From positions 5,570,448-5,634,447 of the forward strand of contig BDGG01000002.1 of assembly GCA_001949185.1 (NCBI GenBank): DNA of 64,000 bases, in the 5' to 3' direction. The translations under genes and the position numbers were made by a program. The notes beneath the pieces are model-generated. The model was not told the DNA's origin. It searched no databases and worked only from the letters and a program-made list of their open reading frames with translations. The stretch comes from Ramazzottius varieornatus (Eukaryota > Animalia > Tardigrada). Below are positions 1-10,700 of this stretch, piece after piece; within the stretch, counting starts at the first letter, position 1, and each line of letters starts with the position of its first letter.

Positions 1-987
1 GAAGGGCCGAAAATTCCAGTGGTATTCATTACTCGTTCATATTTAAGAGATAAGACGATGATTAAACGCGATGAGTATTGTGATCCTCTCAGGTAGGAAG
101 AAATTAATCCAGAGAAATACGGGAATATTCCAACGGTAAGTCTTTTCTTTCCCAAAGACGGACAGTGGTCGAGCTGACGGCTTGTCCTCTTGCTGGGGCT
201 TTCTCCGAAACAATTAGGAACATTCCTCCGTGGACACTGCTCGGGAGCTATTTCTGAAAAGACAAGGACACAAAGAGAGTGAGTACTTCGAGAAGCGATG
301 GAGAGCAGCTGAGGCTGCTGAGCAAGAACGGACAAAGTGAAATTTCTGCCATGATTGTGATAAATGGAGCCAGCAGGCGGCTATCAGCGCACGCGCACAC
401 TGCGCAGACCTGCCGTACCGAGCTCATTGGTCAGTTTCTGTGTGGCTCAGCCCACCACCGGGTTACTCACAATTTGACCGCGCCCATCCAAATAGTTTCC
501 CCATGATGTCATCATCCAATCTCTTGCCCTCAACAGTCGGCGCATGACGAAAATGACGGTAGGATTTAAAAGCAGAAGAACCACATTTCCCTCCATGGCG
601 TAATGCGCGTGAAACACGCCACCGATCGAGTTAGGTGAAACAAGATCACAAGAGCGTGATTTCCGGTCCGATTTATCCTCGCGTCCATTCTTTTCATCCA
701 TCTTTTCTTTTCGCAGGTGCGCTCTGAGAAATTGGACATACTTCTTCGGAAATTCAGGATCTGGAAACTGGAGATTCATAACGTGGATTAATCTTCTGGC
801 GACACGCAGTGGGTACGAGTTCACGACGCAGCTTCTACTGCGAGACTCCGGAAGTAACATCTGGGTAGTTACCCGCACTGGACGAACTCCTTGCACCTTG
901 AGTCATTCGCCGCAGTGGGCCGACACTCTGATAAACGTATATGCTGTGGTCATCTTACAGAACTGCTGAGTCCGTCTATCTGGCAAG

Positions 988-1700
988 ATGGTTATCGGTC
1001 CGGTGAGTACGCCGTTCTTGGTGATCTGAGGTTATCAATGTATCTATTCGGGCAGTCCTTACCCATGTTCTTTTGCAGGGAAAATACCTTGCCCAGCTGA
1101 TCGTAATGGGAGGCCAGATCGTGGGAAGAGCCTTCGCCAAAGCATTACGAGAGGAGATTCAGAGTACGTATTTTGGTTCAGACAGACTTCTTGAAGCGGA
1201 AACACAGCTCTAACTATAAAACTGGCTAATCGTCCACAATCGTTTCTTCTTCTAGAAAGCCAAGCCGCTGCTGCATCTCGATCGGGTCGAGGTTCCGCCG
1301 ATACTTCCCGGGCGGCTGCGGTGTCGAGTCGGCTAGGAATGTCTGTTCAAGTGTGTATGAAGTGACCGAAGTCTTTTTTTGGTTGTCTTTTCCGGTGTAG
1401 ACAGTGATTATCATGTAATATTGCGTTATGTTACAGGAAGCGAAACAGATTCTAAACTTGCCCATACAAGAAAGTCGTCTCACTCCCGAAGAAATACAAG
1501 CGAAATATGAGCATCTCTTCAAAGTAAACGACAAAGCCCAGGGAGGATCCTTCTACTTGCAGTCAAAAGTTGTCAGGGCGAAAGAACGCCTGGAAGAAGA
1601 ACTGAAAATGGCAGCTGAAAATCCCCCGAAGAACCACCGCCAGACAGGGCGTTCCGCCGCGTCCACCGAAGCTGGTTCATCCGACGACCGAAGCAGATGA
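988..1700 (+). CDS. PAM16: Mitochondrial import motor subunit Pam16/Tim16 (Magmas); exons 988-1002, 1079-1163, 1256-1350, 1437-1700
   Basis: Spliced translation [33 protein letters not shown]...[13 protein letters not shown]...[29 protein letters not shown] matches the Pam16 J-like domain; GT-AG junctions stay in frame. Confidence 0.95.
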
Positions 1701-2195
1701 GAGTTTGCTGGAGGCTGTCCGTCGTGCTGTAACAGATTAGCTGACTCAGAGAGCTTTTTCAAACTTCGCGGAATTCGGCAAAGGTTTGTGCGGCTTTCGG
1801 GGCACCAAAAACAAGCTCTCCGCCGTATATCCAGGACCTTGGCGTAAAACTATGAGACTGTCGTAGTTGAGCCCCGTGTGATGCTTCCATATCGGTTGTT
1901 TCGAGGCTGTGTTGTTTTGCGGTTCTTGGAATGGGTTTTCGGATGTGGACTGTCAACTTGTACCGCTCTCAATTTGAACTTTTAATTTTATCCTAGCAGT
2001 AACTTCGTTCATGTCTGCTACAGTACAATCTCTTCCTTCAAAAGTCACAAGCCGAAATCGCAATATAAGTCGTTTGTCATGTGGCTAAGTTTTATGCGCA
2101 GGAAAGACGAATCGAAGTCATCTGTTAATCATTCTCACGAATTCAAAAACTGTAAGGCAACATGTGCAGTCAAACGACATCTCAGCTTAGCAGAA

Positions 2196-5100
2196 TCATT
2201 TCACTGTCAAACTATCCAAAATGCGTCTACACTGTTCCACTTCTTCGTCCGCTGTCCAGGATAACACTGTATGGTCGTGGCTGTCAGGAAGGACCACAGC
2301 ACTGTTCCGACGGTTGTCATGTTGGTAGGTACGATGAAGAAGGCGAATGGCCATTTCATACTCGCGTTCCGAGAAGGACCGTCGCTGCTCCATCATGTGA
2401 CTAACGATATCCTACAAACAAGAAGCGGGATTGGCCCCATCTCAAAATATGTCCTAGAGGTGATGGAAGACACTTACTCCAGGTTTGGTAGCCGTAAGGA
2501 ACATATCAAAGAACTGCCGAACTTCTTCCAGCACCGGATCACGAGTACCAGTAATCTGCGCTAAGACTTTTTCCAAATGAAAGACACACCGCTTGATACA
2601 TTCGATAGCCTCGCTATTGACTCTAACCATCTGATCGGCACTCCGGATGATAATATCGCGAAGTAAAGTTCCGACGCTACGGAAGAAGAAGGCAAACTTG
2701 CTCTCCTGCACCTCATGCGAGATGGTCCGAGCTATGCTCTCGAGATCCGTCACGAGTAACCCTACTCGACGCTCAGTGTCCTCACAGGCCTCCTTGAGCG
2801 TTAGATCGAGTCTCGTCGTTACGAAAGGCTTGTACAGATAGTACAGACAGCGAATTCGAATCTCCCAGTGAACTGCCAGAAAACACTTCTCTGCGAAGTC
2901 CATTAAGGCCGCCGCAGCCAACCTCAGCGGATCCAAATACCTACAAATCAATAAAAAAAACAACTGATGTACAGTTCAGTTAATTTTGATCCCTGACTGG
3001 AATGGAACTATTTGAGACGTCGGCAAATGATTTGAATTAGATCCCAAGGAAGCCAATTTTCCCAAGTGACGCCCACTACCGGCCTGTAGCAATTGAAACG
3101 CGCGCCACCTGAGACTACGATGTGCTTTAGCTCATTTACCCACGTTCCATCTTATCTAATGTTTAGTGTTTATTCCATAACCATTTCTCACTGAGTCTGT
3201 CAATTTACCTTGTGGGAATGGGGTGCAGTTCATTTGTGGTACCGATCAACTTGAACGGTCTGACAAATTCGCTTCTCGGAGAAGTATTCACCGTCATGTC
3301 CGTCACCGGTAAGTTTCTCGTCGTCTTTTCCAGCATGTGCGACAGCCACTGGCAGTTCTCCATCATGAGCACGATAGGTCTCAGCACACTTTCAACATTC
3401 ATGATTTCAGAGGAAGACGCATCGTACATCTTCATCAAAGTTTCGTACTCATTCGTGGTACCCTGAATGAGGACATGCTCGTTCGGCTTTCGGTAGTACC
3501 AACCCGGAAGTGCGCGGTAAAATAAACAGAATTGCTCGTCGTCAGTCCAACGAACACTCTCGGGAATCTCTTTACCGGGAAGGAATGCTGTGATGCGCTG
3601 GAAGGTAGTCTGAAGACCGATGAGGAACTCGTTGATGCTCTCGCCCGTCATGACTAAGATTCGCTGGCTGTGTAGTGGCATCGCGTAAAGCAGATCGCAG
3701 AGGTCCTCGATCTGTCGCTCTACTTGGTAAAAGTTCAGAAGGACCTTGATTTGGTTCTCTTTCAAGGCTTTGAGAGCGCTAGGTGGCGCGAGTTTCATGG
3801 TGTCGTCTGTAACAGGTAAGCATATTATCACAGATACAGCAATCATCGCGTACCGCGAAATTAGGTATTAGACTGATTATGTTAAGTCACCTTTGCTGGC
3901 GGCTCTCAGTTTATCAAGGATATTCTGCTCGATGAGCGGCAGATACACGTCGGCGACGAAGCGGTTGATATACATGGAGAGAACGCAGGCTTTGCCGTTG
4001 GTGTTGGAGGAGGAATCAATCTCGTCACAGAGCTTCATTATGGATGGATAAACCACTATAAAAGGGGAAGAGTTGCTATGAATTCACAAGCATCTATTGT
4101 TTTGAACACGAGAATCAAACAGTAGAATGCTTAGCTTACTGGTGATGTTCTTCACGGATGGAACGCATATTTTCTTCAGTTCCATGTCATTTGTGTCAGA
4201 CAACGTCGCTGCTCCGCCGTCCAGCAACTTTTTCCTTCTCTCTTCCGCCACGTAGTCATTCAGTACTTGTGTGGAAGTGGAGTTATCGAACTTGAACTCA
4301 ATCTAAAGAAAGTAAAATCATCTTCGCTATGATACTGTACATAACGAACTTCACGATCTAGGAGAGTGGTAAAAGCTTTACCCCAGTGATTTTTTTAGGG
4401 CGTTTTCTGGACCACGCTGCTTTGATGCGTTCCATATACTGAAGTTCCCGCTTATCCACCGCTTCTTTGGTCTCTTCGTTCCTCTGGTCCAGGTAATGCG
4501 CCAAGATCCTCTGCATGATGCTCTCGATAGCTAACCAGACGTCTGTCATATCATAAACGTCAAGAGCTTTCCGCAGTATGGGGTCCATATCCGCTGAAAA
4601 CCTCACGTTGTGGACCTGTTTGCAGGAAAACGGTTGGTACAAGTAAAGAAATCAACTGCTGGTATTTAGAATTGCTTACTTCGTTAAGGAAAGCTTTGTG
4701 AGCTTCTGCGATAGCAGTGTATTGTTCCGTCAGAAGTCTTATAAGTTGTTCCAGGAGTTCCGGTCTGTCCTTGTTTTGCAGAATCTGGACGTAGTTGATA
4801 GCGTGGATCATTTCCGTTGTGCGAAGGAAGACCTGTTGAAGCTCGTCGTTCAGGGCGTGGTAGTTACTCTTCAGGGCATCCGCAAGTCGTTCCATGCGAT
4901 GCAGGCACTGCACAACAGTTGACACGGGGATCTCGGGTCCGTCCGCGTCGTTCTCGTTCTGCTCGTCTCGCTTCATGGAGAACTTTCTTAGGACAACGGA
5001 AGTTGTTCGGACATACAGGAACTGTTCGACCTCGTGAAGCATCAATTCTGTCACATCGTCGCGAGCTTGTTGTAGTTCACCTCGAACATTCGATACCGCT

Positions 5101-5808
5101 TCCACCTAAAAATCAAACATCGTATGCGCACTCACTAATACCTGCTCACATACGGAAGCTTAGAAAACAGACTCGATAAGATCGCTCTTCCAAGTGGCGC
5201 AGGCTTCCAGCCTAAAAAAACGTGCGCCACTTGAAAAACGTCCATGTCGACGCTGTTTGTCGAGAGCTCATGTGATGCCATAGCTCAGGATTCTGAGGTT
5301 ATATTCGTACCTCTTTCAGCTTGCCGTTGACCACTTCCAAGCCTTGAACGATGTCTTGTGCAGCCTCCAGGTATCTATGGTGTACGACATGTTCCCTCAC
5401 TTCGACAGGCAAATCTTTGACCCGATCGATCGCATTCAGTAGCTTCAGTTCTTCTTGCAGTTCGACGGACTGCAGCCATAACGCTTTGAGGTCTTCCTGT
5501 TTCCCTCGAAGATGGTCTTTCGCGGTGAGTAGGCAGCTTCGAACATTCTCTGAAGTTTCCTTGATGGAACCAAGCCTGATGACGACCTGCGAGAAGGTGT
5601 GAGCGGAGGAGGTGAGTTCGTCTCGCTTCTGCTCGATCAGTTCCGACAATTGTTCGTCGCATCGACGAAACTCTCTTTCGATGCGATTCCTCTCTTTATC
5701 CTTCTTCTCCGGGCCTTCGAATGCAGCGATGGTCGCGACACTTCGCATAAAGTCATGGAGCAGATGAGCGGACTTGACGGTTTTGACATCTTGGTCTTTC
5801 CTGGACAT
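2196..5808 (-). CDS. EXOC4: Exocyst complex component 4 (Sec8), multi-exon
   Basis: N-terminal Sec8 coiled coil (IEREFRRCDEQLSELI...LKALWLQSVE), CFLAVHWEIRIRCLYYL, and C-terminal FSEREYEMAIRLLHR are spread over consecutive minus-strand ORFs. Confidence 0.88.
3013..3149. mobile_element. MITE-like element, copy 1 (EXOC4 intron)
   Basis: Imperfect ~18-bp terminal inverted repeats tgagacgtcggcaaatga / tcatttacccacgttcca; internal caagtgacgc...aaacgcgcgccacctg core shared with copies at 5177, 40154 and 45529. Confidence 0.7.
5177..5240. mobile_element. Partial MITE-like element (internal hairpin core), EXOC4 intron
   Basis: taagatcgctcttccaagtggcgca...aaacgtgcgccacttga closely matches 40173-40236. 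Confidence 0.65.
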
Positions 5809-6377
5809 GTCCTCTTAGCAGCCCCTGGATAACTTCATCCACTACCAACATATGCCCGTGATGATAGAACTTCTGTAAACGAGGAGCACGTTTTATGAGG
5901 AAGAGAACCTCGTTTTAAAAAAAAAACCTTAATTATAGAAAGTAATTAAGTTAATTCGGCTGGCATGGAGCGTCTATGGCGTGTTTGCGATCCTCACCTC
6001 AGGAGATGTTCCAGCAAATTTTGCGACAAGAGCTTCGCTTGATTCGGTTTAAATGTCTCGTTCTGCCCGCCATCTGTTTGGCAGGCCGAGCTGGGTTCCG
6101 CCATTCATGGTTTCGCGTTGCGATGAGCTGCATCATATAATATAGCACCATCGAAACTGCAGTATTCTACTAAAAGAAAAGTAACCTGGCCTAAGTGGTC
6201 TTATTTCTCTTGTCTTCTTTCAGGACAAGGATTTCTGAGCAGCGACTACAAGGAGTGAAAGTACTGCAGGCTCGGCGGAACGGGAGCACGGGAATCACGA
6301 CGATTCAGCTCTCGGGATTGCGAATCGCACTGGATGGATTAATTGTTGTCACTATTGCCGCTATTTAGTACGATTGG

Positions 6378-7077
6378 GTGATGGATGTTCTACCCGGACA
6401 AGTGACGGAAACTGAAACGGGACCAGTAGAAGTGTCGTCTTTCTCGGTGGATACGAGACCTGTGATGGTAGATGCTCAAGCGCACACCAGCATGAACGTC
6501 GAAGACAGTATGGATACGACGCCAAATGGAACCTTGCAAAGGCTGGTAAAGGAAGACTACGAGCCATCGAACGAGATTCCGAGTGAAGATCGAGATGTGG
6601 ATGATGGACAGCAACCCTTAGGTACTTCGAGCCTGTTTGCACACATTTGCTTTCGGTTTACAACGTGTTGTATGGCAGGTATCGTTGAGAGCTGTTTCCC
6701 GTACTTCGCCAGAAGAAATGCTTCCAATCAGCATCGTCCACATCATTCCCCGTACCAGAGCTCTAAGGTCTCGGCTGCAGCTGGTCTGTGTCCGGGAGTG
6801 CGGTGTTATTTCGGAGGAGATGGGGTAGACGAAGAGGTTGCTTTCGAACCAGGTATGGACGAAAATTTGAAGTGCATCAAATTGATTGTAGAAACAAGGT
6901 TAGGCTATCACCGCACCCATTTGCATCTTGTTATCACATACACGAGTCGGGTTTCTAAATTCGTCTTTTCTTGCAGTTAACCATAGTTCCTCGTCGAAAC
7001 ACTCTTTGGTCCCAACCGTTGATAGGCCAGCCACGGAGCGCGAAGCGATCCCCCTTAACGATAACGCCGCAGCATAA
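6378..7077 (+). CDS. Hypothetical ~170-aa protein; exons ~6378-6621, 6679-6852, 6977-7077
   Basis: Acidic low-complexity ORF with plausible GT-AG junctions that keep the frame to TAA at 7075-7077; no family recognised. Confidence 0.5.
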
Positions 7078-7734
7078 CTGCAGTTTGCGAAGCGAATAAT
7101 TGGTTTCCATAGTACCGAGACAAAGACTAAACGGTGTCACAGGGAAAACAGAAATTTGCGGCGTAAAACTGAATAGATTCTTAATAATTATAGTTCGGCG
7201 CCGTTGTAATGGCCCTACCGATTTTGGAGTTCGCTTTATGGTTTTAAGTTATATTCTTTCCGGTATTATCTAGCATAGAGGGGATTCGTGGCATGTTTTT
7301 GTCGAATTGATAATGAGTCGTGAGTACTGAGCAACACATTAATCATCTTTATTAACACCCGTTGACGAGTCGTCAAAAGCCGTAGTGCGAAGTGGAAACC
7401 ATAAAGTATAAAGTCCTTCGGCAATCGATTTGGTGAGCATCTACGACACAAGTAGGATGTGAGAGTGGACACCACGCTGAGAACCATCCATTTCCGGTTG
7501 GAAAGACGCATATCGAGGTCAAAGTCAGTCAGGATCAAGGGTACTTGTGAGGTGCTTTGCCATTCGCACCTTACTGACAAAACTTGGAGGAAACCTGCAG
7601 TTTATGGCTGCCCTTGTAGCGATTCCCTTTTTTCAAACTTGTCCATTTTGTGCCACCGAGGTCCCATCTTCCATTTTTGGTGGGGTGAAGATTGATCTCT
7701 TTGTCATGTACCGTGGGCCGACAACAATCATGGC

Positions 7735-10700
7735 TTATAAGGTGTCTTTCCGTTGTTGCGAGCGTCGGTTATGCAAGTCCGGAAGTGACGCACCCAGTGA
7801 TTGAGCTGTTGGTGCCGACAGGTAAGTTCGTTCCTCTGGATGCTTTTGGTGGTTTGACGATGTCGATGCCGCAGCCGCAGCGGAAACCGGTGGAAAATTC
7901 GTAGACGTTCCGAGCGTCTCAGTTTCTCTTGCTTGAAGCATTTGATTAACTTCCGTGACCGCCGGGTGACGATTATTCAGTGCTTTCTCGGCATCCTGTT
8001 AACATCAGATGTGCTCACTTCACATTAGACTTTCACGGAAATTTCGACGGTGAATAGTTACATGACGTTCGAGTTGGCGGAGGTGCTCGAGATGTATTTC
8101 CCGTTCGATTTCGTCATCCATTAGTACGTCGTCACGCATGATCTGGTTTGACTCTTGGAGGTGCCGCATTAAAACTGCAACCACTACGTTGACCAGTGTG
8201 AACTGCGCCAGCAGCACAAAGATGACGAAGTAAATGGGAGCGATGATCGGACTGACACAGCAGTTCGTGATGCACTCGTCATCCGACCGACAGTCCGATC
8301 TCAATGCGTCCTTTGAAACACAATTCAAATAGTTTTAAACTTGTCTGGCAAAAGGAGCCCGAATTCCCTACCTTCATTATGCCGTTCCAGTTATCGCCGG
8401 TGGCGACCCGGAATAGCGTCAGGAAAGCCATACCAAAGTTCCGAAAGTGGGCGTGTTCGCCGAGTCCCTCACAGGGATGTTGATCATCGCATTCTAAGGT
8501 GACCAATGAGTTAAGGTTTTTACAGCTTGATTAGGCAAATACAATTTCATGAATTGTATACCTAATCTTCCGAACATTTCCACGCCAAGAGTAGAAAATA
8601 TGAAGAACAGTAGGAAAAACAACGTGCCGAGGTTGGTCACTTGCGGTAGCGCTTGAAACACTGTATCGAGGAGCGCCCTTATGCCCCTCGCCATCTTCAG
8701 CAACTTCAAAACTGTAAGAAAAACGAAATAAATAGCGTGCTGTAACTGCTTGTTTTAAATCTCGCCTATGGGTACATACTTCGGGCGATACGGAGAACCC
8801 TCATCACACGAATAATGGTTGGGTTGATAGGTATGAGGTCGTTCTCCATCTCTTCCAGGATTATACCGACGATGGATAGAAGAACTATGGCTACGTCGAG
8901 CTGGTTCCATCTAAAACCAAACTCTTGTGGTCAATGGATATAACCCTAGCAGCGAAACATAAGCTGGTTTCACTGGAGCAGTAACGTGTTGGTTACCTGT
9001 CTGATATGTATCGTCGAAGACCGAGTGCAACCAGTTTGAAGAAGGCTTCGAAGAAAAAAACGGCGGTGAAGAAGTAGTTGAAGATTTTGAGGGCGTACAA
9101 AAGTTCGTGTGGCATCAGGTAGTGCTCCATAGCCATCGTCAACACATTGACGCCAATCACGAGAGCGATGGCCAGATCAAAATACTTGCTGGTGACCACA
9201 TTATGTTGGTACAAACGGATCTTGGAATAGTTCGCGTAATAAGGCGGTTCTTTAAGTTCTACGAAGCATAGCACAGTTGTCGGTTAATGTGAACGATATT
9301 CAACAAGAATCTGAAGCTTATCGTACTTTGTCGACGTCTCTCCAGCCGCTCCGCCCTCTTGACAGCGCGTCGAGCTCGCTCTTCCGCTTCTTGCTCCTCC
9401 CTGCAGCGGTGGAAATTTTCTAGAACGAAAAACCGGTTTCCATCTTAAGTCTTCCTGAGCAGATGTCGACGCGTCACAGAACCAACATTTCCTTTACCGA
9501 CGACGACGCCCACGAACATGTTGAGCACGAAGAACCCGACCAATAGTAAGAAGGAAATGAAAAACAGTAGTCTCCATTCATTCCAGTTTTCTATCGGCTG
9601 TTCGAACAAAAGAGAATTAGTTAACACCTATAACAAACACTTCGTACCCGGCGAAAGTCCGTACTTTGGTTCGCTATGAGTTTCCGCACATACCTGTAGG
9701 TCGACGCCGACAGCGTCCAGACCGTTGTACATAATGTTGACCCACCCATCTTTGGATGACAAGACGAAAAGGGCCATTAGTGCTTGCCCCACATTGTCAA
9801 AGTTGTACTTCCGGTTGACCCAACTAACTCCGGCGACACCTCTGGCGGACAAGGCGAGACAATCGCTGCGATTTCTGACGTTCTTGATAGCACTCGGAGG
9901 TCCTTGGCAATGCCAAAAGGTTCCTTTGAACAGCTGCAACGTAAACACCGTTCAAAACAGACCTATGAGGGGATTTGACGAGGCAGTCCTTACCTGTACT
10001 CCCAAAATGCCGAAAATGAGGAAGAAGATGGCACTGATAAGGACGATATTGCCAATGGGCCGCAGTGACGTTAGCAATGTTTCGACCACCAGTTTCAAGC
10101 CGGGGGCTCGGTTGATTACCCTAGAGTACACGGTGGTCGGTATAATGGAAATATTAGCAGTGATGATCGTCACTATGTACCGTAGCGGACGAAGCGATCG
10201 AAGCAGCCGAAAAACACGCAGTACGCCGAAAATTTTCGGGCTGTTTGACGGGGCTACGAGGGCGAGAAAGGCATCCACCAGTGATACGACCACTATTAAT
10301 CCATCCATCACGTTCCAACCACTGTGGGCGTAAGGTCGTGTGCCGATAAACAGCCCATGAGCGATCGTCTGCATAATAAAATTAAGGACTCGACAGGACA
10401 ACGTGAACAGAGGCTTTAATAGGGTCTGTTTAACCTTAAGTGCCATTTCTACGGCGAATACGACGGTGAATATGTAGTTGGCAAGGACCAAAACTTCTCG
10501 CTCCTGAAATAAGAAGGCGACATACCTGTGGGAATATACCTGGTGTGCCTGCGTATAGGAGATATCGCACAAACTAGGACGTACCGTGCTTCGTGGAGGT
10601 ATACTTGGACGCTCCATTGCAAGGGTTATGCAGTTAAGACCAATGCAAAGAAGAATGGCATGGTCGAAGTACTTGTGGTCGCTGAATCTGGCGCAATAGA

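Noticed and set aside
1-900. 149-aa minus-strand ORF (447-896) and plus-strand exon-like segments (strong acceptor at ~716)
   Set aside because: No recognisable protein in either orientation. It could be the 3' end of an upstream gene or PAM16 UTR exons, and it does not resemble CORO7.
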